Source: an uncultured Acidobacteriota bacterium (GTDB lineage: Bacteria > Acidobacteriota > Blastocatellia > RBC074). From it: a stretch of 64,000 nt of DNA. The position numbers were made by a program, and so were the translations under genes. Below are positions 1 through 11,529 of this stretch, one piece after another. The stretch is taken from contig CAWCKY010000003.1 of assembly GCA_963796275.1 (NCBI GenBank), positions 864,001-928,000 on the forward strand, given 5' to 3'. The stretch's first letter is position 1, and each line of letters begins with the position of its first letter. Under the pieces are notes generated by a model. That model ran no database searches, was not told the origin of the DNA, and worked only from the letters and a program-made list of their open reading frames with translations.

Positions 1-1283
1 AGCTGCGCTTGAAAGAACGCGACGTCCAGCGAATTGATGTGAGTGGCGGGGCCGGCTCATTCGGCTCGTTCAGCATAGGATTGGACTATTCGAACATCAA
101 CTTGACGGGACGACTCGACAGTTTCGCCGCGCTGTTGCGGCTGGGTAACCTCGAGCAGACGGTTTCGGCAAAATACGGCACTACTTTGATGACAGCCAGA
201 CCGGTCACATTGAGCTATTCCGGCTCTTTTCAGCGCTACGTCTTCGTCGATGCCCAAACCCAGGGGGATAACCGGCGGCCGCTCTACATTCAAACCGCGG
301 GAGGGCTGGGGGCTGGTGCGACAGTACCGCTGGCCAGAGGGCGCAATACGCTGGGCGCGGCGACGGTCGGCAGTCTGTTTTATTCTCTGAATTTCAACTC
401 GCTCGAAGATCTGGTTGCCCAACGGGCATCGACAGTGAATGACATCCAGCAGAGCAACATCCGCCTGGCTTCTCTGACGCCCGCGATGACGCACGACACG
501 CTGGATCGCGATTTCGATCCGCTGCGCGGGATGCGGATGACAACCGGCGTCGAGGTAGCCGATCGCGCATTCGGAGGCAACATCAATACGGTGAGACCGT
601 GGGTCGATTTCCGGCATTTCATACCGCTAAATCCGGGCAAGGTAGAGGGTGAGAGAAACGTGTTCGGTTACCGCCTGCGAGCCGCTAACATCGCCTCCTT
701 CGGCAGGCCATTCGAAGCGACCACGCTTTCGGTAATCAACGGCGTTCCGATCTTCAACCGGTATTTTGTGGGCGGAATGACGGAGGTGCGCGGTTATCCA
801 ATCAACTCGATCGCGCCGCTGGCCCGCGTTGACCGGCTGCTGGCCATCGGAAATAACCCGCCGATCCTCGTCAACAGCAGCGTGCAGCCCGTCGGCGGCG
901 ATACGCAATTGATCGCCAATGCGGAGTACCGCGCTCCGGTGATGAGCCGATTGTCGATGGCGGCGTTTTTCGATATCGGCTCTTCGTTCAACGCCCGGAG
1001 ACTGGAGGAAGAGCAATTCATCAGCCCGGTGCAACTGATCCCGCCGATCACAGGGTCCTCTTTGATAACGGTAGTGCGCCCGGTGGGAGAGGTCGCGAAC
1101 CAGATTCCCAATTACCGCATCTCGCTCGGCGGTGAGCTGCGTATCTTGATACCCGTGGTCAATCTGCCGTTGCGACTGATCTTCGCTTACAACCCGAACG
1201 CTCAGGTCAATCCGCCCCCGGCAACGCTGCTTGCGCCTGAAAAAAGATTTGTTTTTTTATTCGGAATTGGCCGCACATTATGA
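1..1283 (+). CDS. BamA/Omp85-family outer-membrane beta-barrel protein (5'-partial, C-terminal barrel)
   Basis: Frame is open from the window start. Motifs FNRYFVGGMTEVRGY, GGDTQLIANAEYR, AAFFDIG, LPLRLIFAY and the C-terminal FLFGIGRTL are typical of Omp85 barrels. Confidence 0.85.
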   Translation, partial: LRLKERDVQRIDVSGGAGSFGSFSIGLDYSNINLTGRLDSFAALLRLGNLEQTVSAKYGTTLMTARPVTLSYSGSFQRYVFVDAQTQGDNRRPLYIQTAGGLGAGATVPLARGRNTLGAATVGSLFYSLNFNSLEDLVAQRASTVNDIQQSNIRLASLTPAMTHDTLDRDFDPLRGMRMTTGVEVADRAFGGNINTVRPWVDFRHFIPLNPGKVEGERNVFGYRLRAANIASFGRPFEATTLSVINGVPIFNRYFVGGMTEVRGYPINSIAPLARVDRLLAIGNNPPILVNSSVQPVGGDTQLIANAEYRAPVMSRLSMAAFFDIGSSFNARRLEEEQFISPVQLIPPITGSSLITVVRPVGEVANQIPNYRISLGGELRILIPVVNLPLRLIFAYNPNAQVNPPPATLLAPEKRFVFLFGIGRTL

Positions 1284-1398
1284 TCCTGGGATTGAAGTTA
1301 ATTATAGCTCTCCTGGATAGATCATCTCTCATTCCTAAAGAACCACTCCCTTACAGCTCACGGTGCATACTCTTTCACTCTTCTTAATTGTTCTGAAT

Positions 1399-4300
1399 TT
1401 AGTTTCCATCGCCGACTACGACAAACCCTCCCCAGTAGAATGGATGCACAAACTCTGGATTTTTCATCACCTTCAATGCCGCCTGCCTCATAGCCTCTGC
1501 AGTAGAAACCGCCGGTTGCGAGCCGCCGTATCTTGTCTTGAACCTCTTGTGGAACTCGACCATCAGGGCCGTCGTGCTCGATGCTTCCACCTTCCATTGA
1601 CTGACCACCGTTCTCGGACATCCAGCCACGAATAACGCCCACGTCATCCCGATCACCCCTTCGCCAGCTCCCACTCGCCCGCGCGCCGTCTCGCAGGCAG
1701 AGAGCACCACCAGGTCGGCATTCAGATCGAGGTTCATCATCTCCCAGGCTTCCAGCAACCCGTCTTCGTCGTCCTTTCCGGGAGTTTGAGACAACAAGAT
1801 GTGCGAGTACATCGGGCTGACGTCGTTGAGAATTCCGTGAGCCGCCAGATGGAGAATGCGATAACGGGACGATTGCTCTTTAACCAGGTCTTCTCTGGCC
1901 GAAGGGCCTGTGAACACTTGACTGTGCGTTGGGCCATACAAACGCCTCAGCGCCTGGACTTGAGCCGCCGCCTCGGGCAATGGCTGCAGCTCTGCATCCA
2001 TCTTTACAAACTTGACCAATTCTTTACTCCGTGTTCCCAAGTCCGGATTGCCCAGAGCCAGTAGGGATGATTTGACTGGCGCAAGCTGATTTCTACGATT
2101 GAGCTGCATCTCTCTAAGCACGGAGAGAGATGGCGCATATGAGATTGCGGCATCTTCGATCAAATAACGTAGCTCTCGAGAGAGCAAGACCTGGAACGGC
2201 AAGTCCCACAACACGTTATCGGGAGTGATGATGAGAGAGGTTTTCCCTTGCAGTTGCTTCTGAGCAGGTTTGATCAGCAAGTCATAAAGTTCATGTGAGA
2301 GCTTTTGGAAGTCGTAATCTCTGTTCTCCATTCGGCCGCGGAATCGCTCGACCTTTTCAGCGAGCGATTTGCGTTCGATCTGTATGGTGTAAGTATTCAA
2401 GGCCATTTGACCGGAAGCGTTTTTGGTCAGGACGAAGATGTGGACATTCTCTTCTGTGACGATGAAATCTAATAGTGCAGTTTTGGAATCAGGAATGACG
2501 CCAGCAGCATCCTCAAAAGAGACCGGTCGAATCTCGCCGCGCTGAACTTTGAGTTCGGGATGTGCAGCGTAGAGGGTAGTTTGATACGCCTCGAACTCCA
2601 GACGTGCTTTTTTCAACTGCCCTGCGAGTTCGACGAGATGTTTTTCATCAGTTTGAGATTTGAGCTTTTCACTAGTGATTTGGCGATTGAAGGAAACGAT
2701 CTTGCGGTTCAGTCGGTGTTTTTGTTCGCGCTCCACTGGAGAGATTGAATTGTCGATATCGACACGGCCGTTTTGCAATAGCTCCAGGAGCGTGCGCCCT
2801 TTTGCCAGCTGAGCATGGGAGAAAGCCTCGGTGAATCGTTTTTGATTGATGTGAAAATCGATAATAGCCTGATATGTGGTCACTGCTCGCTCAAAAGAGC
2901 GCTGGCGGTCGAAGTCGCCACCGGCTAATTGATCTCGCAAATGTTCAATGATATCAATAGCTCTGCCTAACGCCTCACCGGCTTTTTCGGGTTGATTAAG
3001 CTTCTGATGGGCTTTAGCGGCTATTACCAGAGCCGCGGAGATGTAGGGAATTCGGCTGATTTCTTCGGCAGCCTTAATTGTTCGTTCTGCAAAGTCCAGT
3101 GCCACTTGATGATCTGCATGCAAGAGATACATCTCACTTAATCTCAATAAGGGATCTACCATCCTGGCTTTATCCCCAGATTTTTCGGCTAGCTGGAGCA
3201 CTTCCCGATAGGTGGCGATTGCTTGAAGCGTTTTATTTTCAGCCACAAAAACAGCACTCATATTCATTTTGATCGTTGCAACGAAGCTATTTTTAGCGAT
3301 TGCTAGAGTGTTTCCAATCTCTTCTGCCAGCTTCAGGCTCTTCTGAAAAGATTCCATCGCTAAAGAATAGTCGCCCTGTCGCAAATAGTTATTACCGATG
3401 AAAACAAGGACGCTAGCCTTAGTTGAATTAGCCGCAGTGTCTTTCAGCATTATTGCTTTCTCAGCAGCTTCAAGTGCCTTTTGGCTATTGACGAAAACCT
3501 GATCATAGTTACCTTGGGCTTCAAAAGTAGCGGCAATATTCATCAGGACATGTGACAGAAACCTCCAATCCGATCCGGAGTTAAGACGGCTTTCAGCTAT
3601 CTTCAGACTTTTTAACTGCATTTCCAGAGACTTGGCATTATTGCCTCTTGAACGATGGATGACTCCCAGGTTATTCAACGCCTGGATCGTCATCTGACGG
3701 TTTCCCACTTCTTCGGCCAGTTTTAGCCCTTTCTGATAATATTCTGCGGCTTTCGCATACTCGCCCATTCCAACTTGATAAACCACTGCTGAGTTTATCA
3801 ATGATTTTGCCATGATCCTCTTTAAATCCACCCTCTTCCGCTGCTTCCAAACTTCGTCGGAAATACTCAAGTGCAAATTCAGGAGATTTTTCCGGTGTGC
3901 CTGTCCAGCCATAGAGGTTTCCCGCATGTAACAATACATATGCTATTACAGATTGATCGCCGCTCATTTCAGCAAGTTTGTATGCGAGCCGAGTGATCGC
4001 TAGGGCGTGTTGAAAACTCACTTGATCTTCGGAGGCAAAATAAATTTGACGAATGAGTGCATAGGCAAGGTCAGATGTTATCGACCCCGATTCTTTCTCA
4101 ATCAAGTCATTACGCTCATCCTCTGTTTTCGCTGCAATAATTGCCGAGGCAAGGTCTTCCTCGCTGGGAATGAATTTCCACACCTTCCAGTTTCCGCCAT
4201 CGTTTATCAACTCGATCGTACGGTTCTTCTTCCCTATCCTTTCAGTGGCCTTTACCATATTGGCCCTGATCAGCGCCACATCAGCAACTATTCGAAGTGT

Positions 4301-4615
4301 CGCTTTATCACCATCGATCTTTATTTGAGGTATATGGAAGGGTTTCACAGAAATCTTCTCATATGCAGCAAACTCCTCTTGCAAGAGTTTTTTGTTCTCG
4401 GCTAGAAAGGCGGATCTCTCGCTCCACAGGGAGAACAGTCTTTCGGTGTCTTTTTGCTGATATGATTCGAAGAGTCTCTGGACCACTATGCGAATGGCAT
4501 TGGCATCGTCCGTTTGTGCCAGAGATGAAGTGCCCGGTGAGTGATCAATGTATACAATATAAGTCGATACCAACATCCCTATGACAAAATGCGGCAGGAA
4601 TTTGCAGTACAGCAC
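1399..4615 (-). CDS. Exported TPR-repeat CHAT-domain (caspase-like) protease with N-terminal NTF2/SnoaL-like region; split by one frameshift near 3815-3830
   Basis: ORF 3671..4615 (signal-like N-terminus, ...RSLEAAEEGGFK) continues in the frame of ORF 1399..3939 (IMAKSLINSAVVY..., TPRs, CHAT motifs ILHLAAHG, VVLSACET, HPFYWGGFVVVG). Confidence 0.85.
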
Positions 4616-5063
4616 GAATACCTCCTCTAATTATAATTTATGCGGAAATTGATCTGGCTCATGGGCATGGCTGATGTAAGACCACAGAAACGGCATCCCA
4701 AGCGCCGAGTCATTGTACGATATGAACAATTTCTACCTTAGCGTATAATATTAAACTTCAGATCCAATCAAACTTTTAATCCGTATCCCACTTAGCAGAC
4801 CTAGTCTGCGTCCCGCTCACCAGGGAAATCAAGTTAGCCCATTTACTATATCTGATAGCTGATTATCAATATTTTGAATTGTTTAGATTATCTGTTCGTA
4901 TTCCCCCCAAATGAACGCCACACCCGTGCGCATTGCTGGCAATCAATTATTGCCCGGATAAAGATACTTTTCTTCATCACCATGCGCTGAGAGCTAAACT
5001 CAATCAATGAGGGGCAGTAGGACCTCGAAAAGGACCGTAAGACTAAGATAAGAGAGGAATTTT

Positions 5064-6047
5064 TTGACAATTATGAATATGAAAAAGAAGACATTTATTG
5101 CAGCGGGGCTCATTACCTCGGCGGTATTTGCGGTAATGTTAATCGTGGCTTCCAGCAACCGGTCAGTCGGTAATGCACAGACCAGCATCACAGCGGGGCT
5201 CACCTTACCGAACAGAAATATTTATGCTTTAACTACCGACCAAAGCCTTTACCTCCTGGCACCGGGGGCAAGCCAATATTCAAGGCTGGGTCGTATAGTA
5301 AACACTGACGGCGAAAACGTGATAGGAATGGATTTCCGTGTAGCTGACGGGCAGCTATATGTCGTGACGGACGTGGGAGGTATCTTCACGGTCGACCTGT
5401 CACCTGCCAACATCGGAGTGGCTACTCGTGTGAGTGTAACTAATCCACGTTATACTGGTGGATTTGGATTGGTGGTGGATTTCAATCCTATGGCCAATGC
5501 TCTGCGCGTTACAGGCCAAACGACCCAGAACATTGCGGTAGTTAATCAAAACGGTGGCAACCTCAACGCGACCGCGGTTCAGACATCCCTCGCTTATGCC
5601 GCCGGTGACGTCAATGCGGGCAAGATACCCCGAATATCTGGCGGAGCATACAACAATAATCGCGTTGGTCTGGCGACTACGATCTTCTATATGGTCGATC
5701 ATGATCTGGATAATTTCGTGACAATTAGCGGCAAGACACCCACTGGCAGTTCGAACACGGGCGCGGGTCAGCTGCAAACGATTGGCCCATTTGTTGACAA
5801 TGCTGGTAATCGGGTTAACATGGCTCCTACAACCAACTTCGATGTTTACACGGATCCTAATGGGCGCAATTTTCTCGTAGGACAAACTAGTCGGCTACTC
5901 TTTACGATCGATCTCAACCAGATCAACCCCAATCTCCCGTTGGGAACAACGCAGAACGTAGTTGTAGCAAGAGGCCCCGCGGGAATTCAACTACCAGTTG
6001 GCGCTCCTCAAATTGCTGGCGGAGTCAACGACATAGCCGTTCAATAA
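5064..6047 (+). CDS. DUF4394-domain secreted protein
   Basis: Signal peptide; motifs IGMDFRVADGQLY, DFNPMANALRV, GGAYNNN. True start may be the Met at 5073 or 5079. Confidence 0.8.
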   Translation: MTIMNMKKKTFIAAGLITSAVFAVMLIVASSNRSVGNAQTSITAGLTLPNRNIYALTTDQSLYLLAPGASQYSRLGRIVNTDGENVIGMDFRVADGQLYVVTDVGGIFTVDLSPANIGVATRVSVTNPRYTGGFGLVVDFNPMANALRVTGQTTQNIAVVNQNGGNLNATAVQTSLAYAAGDVNAGKIPRISGGAYNNNRVGLATTIFYMVDHDLDNFVTISGKTPTGSSNTGAGQLQTIGPFVDNAGNRVNMAPTTNFDVYTDPNGRNFLVGQTSRLLFTIDLNQINPNLPLGTTQNVVVARGPAGIQLPVGAPQIAGGVNDIAVQ

Positions 6048-6070
6048 ACGCTTTCGGGTCTAATTGTTTC

Positions 6071-6100
6071 AAGGGGGGAGGGGAAACACCTCCCCCTTTC
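6071..6100. terminator. Probable rho-independent terminator between convergent genes
   Basis: GGGGGAGG-N7-CCTCCCCC stem followed by TTTC. Confidence 0.55.
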
Positions 6101-6153
6101 TGTATAGATGCTGTTTATTGTCTCGAAATGTAACCGTACCCTGCATAGGCGAA

Positions 6154-6567
6154 CTAGAGGGTTGGATCAGTCCTGCTGTAGGTAGCAATCCACCAGATAT
6201 TCCCAAATGAATCTTGCACGCCGGCTCCGCGTTCCTCATATGGCTTATCTTCCGGAGCTGAGACCGATTTCGCCCCCCACTCCAACGCCCGCTCATACGC
6301 TTTATCCACATCTTCGACATAGACGTAGACAGATGCCCGCGTCGGCGTGACGCCCGGGGGAAATTCCCCTGTCTCCATCACCAGCACCGAATCTCCGATC
6401 ATCGCCTCGACGTGGGACCCTTTTTCATCTTGTATGCGCTCCACCTCCACAGCGCCGAATACGTGCTTTACAAATTCGGGCAAATCGAGATGGCCGTAAA
6501 GATATGGTCTGACGGCTCCCAAACGATGACGAATGTATCTCTTTTCAGTCTCCATATGGTCTCCCAT
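6154..6567 (-). CDS. VOC/glyoxalase (PhnB-like) protein
   Basis: HVEAMIGDSVL, YVYVEDVDKAYERAL, ERGAGVQDSFGNIWWIAT. Confidence 0.88.
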   Translation of the reverse strand: MGDHMETEKRYIRHRLGAVRPYLYGHLDLPEFVKHVFGAVEVERIQDEKGSHVEAMIGDSVLVMETGEFPPGVTPTRASVYVYVEDVDKAYERALEWGAKSVSAPEDKPYEERGAGVQDSFGNIWWIATYSRTDPTL

Positions 6568-7047
6568 TCACTCCAGACCCTGTTGTTTCATCCAGGTTTC
6601 CATACGACGATCCAGCTCTTCTTTTGAGACATTCTCAATGTAGGTGGAGATTATCCAAAGATGTCCGAAGGGATCTTCCAGCCTTCCTTGTCGGTAGCCA
6701 TAGAACTGATTCTCGATTGGAAAGATGACTTTCGCTCCGGCTGAAATTGCCTGATTCCACACTACATCAGCATCTTCGACGTTAAGTGTTATGATCGTCG
6801 TAGCGCCTCCGAGCGATGGTGGACTGTAATTACCCCATTCAGGCGATTCTTCGGCCAGGGAGATAATTGAATCTCCGATTTTAATTCCCGCCGAGACGAT
6901 TTTTCCGTTAGGATCCGCATAGCGCTCCAGTTCACTTGCACCGAATGCCTGCTTATAAAACTCGATTGCCTTATCCGCGCCTCTGACGAACATACGCGGT
7001 GTTGCGGTGTGATGGCCTTCTGGTATCGGTTTTACGTTTGCTTTCAT
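6568..7047 (-). CDS. VOC/glyoxalase (PhnB-like) protein
   Basis: KPIPEGHHTATP, AIEFYKQAFGA, FYGYRQGRLEDPFGHLWIIST. Confidence 0.9.
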   Translation of the reverse strand: MKANVKPIPEGHHTATPRMFVRGADKAIEFYKQAFGASELERYADPNGKIVSAGIKIGDSIISLAEESPEWGNYSPPSLGGATTIITLNVEDADVVWNQAISAGAKVIFPIENQFYGYRQGRLEDPFGHLWIISTYIENVSKEELDRRMETWMKQQGLE

Positions 7048-7162
7048 AATTCACCCCCCTTCAGATTCGTGAGATGACAGATTTTTCCTCTTGTTGATAT
7101 GCTGTCTGAGTGCTCATGGCTAACCCCGGACGCGTCACAATGTCTTGGAAAAAATTGACCTC

Positions 7163-8026
7163 TCACTCCGGCAGAGGAGCGTGGTTTATATAAGGCCCGC
7201 GGTGTGTCAGGTAAGCGGTAGGGCTGAAGCCTGAGAATGATTTGAACTCGTTCGAGAAATGCGCTTGATCGTAGTAACCGCAAGAGAGGGCGAGGTCCGT
7301 CAATTCGATCTGATCACCCCGGTAAAGCCGCTGCAAAGCCTCACGAAAGCGCAGGATGCGGCAAAAAACTTTGGGCGTCAATCCGACTTCCGCGCTGAAG
7401 AGTTGAATGAACCTCCGATTACTGAAACCTGTTTGATCGATCACGTCGGCTATCATGCGCCGGGGCGATCTCTGAAATTCGTTCAAGGCGAACGCGACTG
7501 CCGGATGAGGCACCAGCGGGCGAATTGATTGAACGAGCAGATAGTCTTCAATTAAACGGAAGCGGCCGAGTATTGAAAGCTCCGCGAGCAAACGTTCGCG
7601 CAGTTCATCAGCGACGTTTCGCCACAAGGCATCGAGCGGGACGTGAACGTTGGCCAATTCGTTCGCCGGCGGCATAAAGAAGGGAAACGTACCGCCTTTT
7701 TTGAAACTAACCCCCATCATCTGTGCCTGACAGGCAGTGTCGATGACAAAAGATTCAGAGTATACGCCGGACAGGAAAATTCCGCTTAACTTCTCGATTC
7801 GGGTCGGCTGTTCTCCATCGCAAACGCGCACCCGGTCATCGCGCAGATCGATCAGTAGCTGCATCCTGCCGTCCGGCAGAATGCGCTCTTTGCTGTGGGG
7901 CGTATCATCGCCTTCGTAATACCAGATAAAATCTATGAAATTTGATAGCGGGACCGCCGGTTTGTAGGTTCGAAAATACATATGATGGGGGCGGGCGTGA
8001 GCAACAAATAAACTGTGTTCGTTCAC
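7163..8026 (-). CDS. AraC-family transcriptional regulator (DUF6597-like N-terminus + HTH)
   Basis: ERILPDGRMQL N-domain; C-terminal GLTPKVF...GYYDQAHFSNEFKSFSGFSPT. Confidence 0.9.
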   Translation of the reverse strand: MNEHSLFVAHARPHHMYFRTYKPAVPLSNFIDFIWYYEGDDTPHSKERILPDGRMQLLIDLRDDRVRVCDGEQPTRIEKLSGIFLSGVYSESFVIDTACQAQMMGVSFKKGGTFPFFMPPANELANVHVPLDALWRNVADELRERLLAELSILGRFRLIEDYLLVQSIRPLVPHPAVAFALNEFQRSPRRMIADVIDQTGFSNRRFIQLFSAEVGLTPKVFCRILRFREALQRLYRGDQIELTDLALSCGYYDQAHFSNEFKSFSGFSPTAYLTHRGPYINHAPLPE

Positions 8027-8081
8027 CTCTTCAAAGAGTCAAGCTTATCGCTATTAACTGTTGATCGCTGTTCATTGCCAA

Positions 8082-10385
8082 TCACCCGGTTTGTGCGTTA
8101 AGGCGGATCAACCCCGCAATAGTTGCCGCAAGATTTTCGGGTTCCACCGGTTTCGTCACATGTTTTTGGAAGCCGGAAGTGAGCGCTTTCATTCTATCTT
8201 CAGACCTCGCATATCCCGTCAGTGCAATCGCGGGTATATTTCCGCCATGTTCCGAGCTGAGCGCCCTCACTTCTCGTATCAATTCATAGCCGTCACGGCC
8301 CGGCATTCCGATGTCAGAGACCAACACATCGGGCTGCCACTCCTTCAATGCCTCGATTCCTTCGGGGGTCGAGCCGACTCCTCGCACTTCGGCGCCGTAT
8401 TGCAGCAGAATTGCCGTCAGCAGTTCACGAGCGTCGGCATCGTCGTCTACAATCAGCACTTGAACGCCGGCCAGTTCCCAGCAGGCCTCCGCCGGTATCC
8501 CTACTTCACCCTTCACCGTTAATCTCGGCTTCTGAAGCCGATTAGTGATGCCTCCTTTTTCTTCCCGTAGAACCGCCAGCGGGAGTTTTACGGTGAAGGT
8601 CGCGCCGAGACCCTCGCCGGGGCTATCCGCGACTACCGACCCGCCGTGTAACTCCACCAGATGGCGCACGATCGCCAGTCCAAGGCCGAGGCCTCCGTAT
8701 TTGCGTGTCGTTGAACTGTCGGCCTGACGAAATCGCTCGAATACATATGGCAGGAACTCTTTACTTATCCCCTGTCCCGTATCGCTCACCCTGATTTCGA
8801 CGTGGTGTGAGTTCATACGTTCCAATGTGACATGCACACTCCCGCCTTCGGGAGAGAACTTGATGGCATTCGAGAGCAGGTTCCAAACCACTTGTTGCAA
8901 CCTGCTCGTGTCACCGAGGACCATGTTCGAGGCGGGGTCGAGCGCCGCCTCCAGCTCCACACCGCGCGCATCAGCCGTTGGGCGCAGAGAATCGATGGCC
9001 GCTTCGATTGCGGGGGCGATTTCGATCGGTGAGACATGGAGGAGAATTTTGCCGGTGATGATACGCGAGACGTCGAGGATGTCTTCGATGATCTGCTCCT
9101 GCGCCTTGGCGCTCCGCACTATTATTTCGACCGCGTGCGACGCGCTCGCACTGTCGAGTCGGCCGGTGCACAGCAGCCGTGACCATCCGAAGATGGCATT
9201 GAGCGGGGTGCGCAATTCGTGAGAGACGGTGGCCAGAAACTCGTCCTTCAACCTGTTGGCTGTCTCCGCCTCCTGGCGAGCCTTGCGCGCAGCCTCGTAT
9301 AAACGGGCATTATCCATCGCGATAGCCGCCTGTCCGGCGAGGCCGGTTACGATGCGCTCATGCCTTTCGGTGAATATGCCCGGTTCGGAGTGCGCGAAAA
9401 AGAGTCCGCCGATGACTTCACCCGATCGGGAGATTACCGGTACGGCTAAATAGCTCGTCACCGGCAGATGCCCCTCGGGCATTCCGTAGTATGGTGAGTT
9501 CTTGCCATAGCGCGGATCTTTTTTGACATCGGCCATGCGAATCACACCTTCGCCGCGATAGGTGGGCCCGAAGAGATCGGTTGCGCGCGGCATCGGAAAG
9601 TGATCAAAGTGCTCGCGGCTTGCACCGGAAAGCGTATAAAGTTTGTAAAAAGAGCCGCGTTCGTCCCTGACGTTGTAAAAAAATGTACCGAATTGTGCAT
9701 CGGTGATCTCGGTGCCGGCATCGGTCAGAGCCTGCACCAGCTGTTGCAACTCCAGTTCTGCAGAAAGCATCTGGCCGACCTTGTTGATGGTCTCGAGAGC
9801 TTCGCGCTCCTCCTCGAACTGCGTCCTGGCCATCTCGACGATCGCCGATAATTGATATTGTGCCGCCTCCGCCTGACAAATTTTATGAGAGGCCATCGCG
9901 TGCTGGATTGCGATTGCGCCCAGATGAGAGACCCCGATCAGCTTCCTCTTGTCATCCGCTGTAAATCGGCGTCTATTTTTTTTGTTGTGAACTTCGAAGA
10001 AACCCAGCAGCTCTCCGCTCCCATCGGTTATCGGTATGGAGAGGGCGGATTTGATGCCAAACTTCGCGCAATATTCGTGATCCATTTGATCATCACGCGG
10101 CGCTTCGTTTGTGAGGTATGGCTCCTTATGCTCGATCAGCCAGCCGGGCAGGCCTTGTCCGCGCGGCCAGCAATATTCGAAAGGCAGCTCGTTGCCCTTT
10201 CGGAAATATTTGTGACAGACCATTCCCTTGTCTGTGAGGAGTCCCGTGAGACCGCTCTCGGCCTCAGCCAGACCGATCGCCTCTCTCAACAGATCGTCCA
10301 TCAGCGGCGATAAATCGGAAATTGAATTGAGTTTCTCACTAATGCGAAGTAAACACTCGATAGTCCCTTTGTCGTCAGACGCCAT
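8082..10385 (-). CDS. Hybrid sensor histidine kinase GAF-GAF-HisKA-HATPase-REC
   Basis: Two GAF domains, H-box SHELRTPL, N-box NLLSNAIKF, G-boxes, receiver VDDD...SDIGMP...KP. Confidence 0.93.
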   Translation of the reverse strand: MASDDKGTIECLLRISEKLNSISDLSPLMDDLLREAIGLAEAESGLTGLLTDKGMVCHKYFRKGNELPFEYCWPRGQGLPGWLIEHKEPYLTNEAPRDDQMDHEYCAKFGIKSALSIPITDGSGELLGFFEVHNKKNRRRFTADDKRKLIGVSHLGAIAIQHAMASHKICQAEAAQYQLSAIVEMARTQFEEEREALETINKVGQMLSAELELQQLVQALTDAGTEITDAQFGTFFYNVRDERGSFYKLYTLSGASREHFDHFPMPRATDLFGPTYRGEGVIRMADVKKDPRYGKNSPYYGMPEGHLPVTSYLAVPVISRSGEVIGGLFFAHSEPGIFTERHERIVTGLAGQAAIAMDNARLYEAARKARQEAETANRLKDEFLATVSHELRTPLNAIFGWSRLLCTGRLDSASASHAVEIIVRSAKAQEQIIEDILDVSRIITGKILLHVSPIEIAPAIEAAIDSLRPTADARGVELEAALDPASNMVLGDTSRLQQVVWNLLSNAIKFSPEGGSVHVTLERMNSHHVEIRVSDTGQGISKEFLPYVFERFRQADSSTTRKYGGLGLGLAIVRHLVELHGGSVVADSPGEGLGATFTVKLPLAVLREEKGGITNRLQKPRLTVKGEVGIPAEACWELAGVQVLIVDDDADARELLTAILLQYGAEVRGVGSTPEGIEALKEWQPDVLVSDIGMPGRDGYELIREVRALSSEHGGNIPAIALTGYARSEDRMKALTSGFQKHVTKPVEPENLAATIAGLIRLNAQTG

Positions 10386-10666
10386 TCTACTCCTCGCTTG
10401 TACTCTCTACACGGGGATGATTCGGCACTACACAGCCCTATTCGCGCAAAGTGCACGAAGTTATTCGGGTGTTCTTTTTTTGGGCCGCCATCCGACTGGC
10501 GGGGTTACTGGGGAGTGCAGGTAAATTATATCCTAGCTAAGTTCTTTAAACCTCTCATTGTTACCAAATATTTGTAAGCTGAATTTTGAAAATGCGATCC
10601 GATCTTACCGCGCGACCGGAGGATCGTAATTCGAAATCCAGTTTTCAAAATCGGCGAACTCTGATT

Positions 10667-11529
10667 TTACTTAGCATCAGCGTTCCGTTCGATATCCACA
10701 ATCCCTTGCCTGAAGGTTTCAAGCATTTGCTGCGCTGATTCAAAGGCTTCGTCGAGCTCGATAGCTTCCGAGGCCATTCCGGAGGCCAGCGCTGACGGTT
10801 CCGTCAGAATCCGTAGCACGACCTGGCGACTTTGATCGGACATTATCAGGGCGAGATCGCGACCGAGCAACCTGGCGCTCGTCATTTCAAAGCTTATGAA
10901 TTTTTCATCATCCAGTAGATCGGCGTGCTCACCAGCATCCAACCGGGCTTCGTTACCTGCCCGCAGATACTCGGATAATATAAGCTTTAGATCTTGGCAT
11001 CTTTCGAATTGCGCCGTTCCTTCCAGGCTATGAGTTTCATCAGCGTGAGGCCGGCAAGCGAGCTTACGGAAACTACCAGGTCGGTGGCGAAACGGACATT
11101 TATCGCATTACGATACGCCTCTTCAAAACCGAGGGCGCTCATGACAACAGAGTTATCGGGCGCCCATGTTATATTTCTCGTCACGGAATCCTCAACCCCT
11201 CCAAAGGGGACGACGTCTATGAAAATTCCCTGGACTGAATGGAGCCGCTCGGGCCGGTCGAGATCGGAGGTGTACCTACCAGTACCCGTCAGCGAATGTT
11301 TTACGGCTTCGAACTGATTCCAGGTCTCCACCCGAATTCCGAGGTCTATATCGTTGGTCGCTCGATACGCCGGAATTCTGTAATACATATCCAACAATAA
11401 ATCACGCGCGCACGCCCCCACGATGAAAAAAGGGATGCCGAGGGCGGCGCTTGCGTCCGCCAGGTCTCTGAAAACTAGTTCCCTGACGGGATCAAGTTTC
11501 CCCGAAAGATCGAATAATGTATCGATCAT
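10667..11529 (-). CDS. AbiEii-like nucleotidyltransferase toxin (type IV TA); one-base frameshift at ~10993-10995
   Basis: Motifs IVGACARD, RATNDID, KLIAWKER and KDA. Adding one base gives KDAKDLKLILSEYLRAGNEARL, which runs into ORF 10667..10942. Confidence 0.8.

Noticed and set aside
4937-4953. TGGCAA...TTGC upstream of DUF4394; also TGGCAG...TTGC at ~33583 and AGGCAC...CTGC at ~24284
   Set aside because: GG-GC spacing is not 10 nt, so they are not counted as sigma54 promoters.
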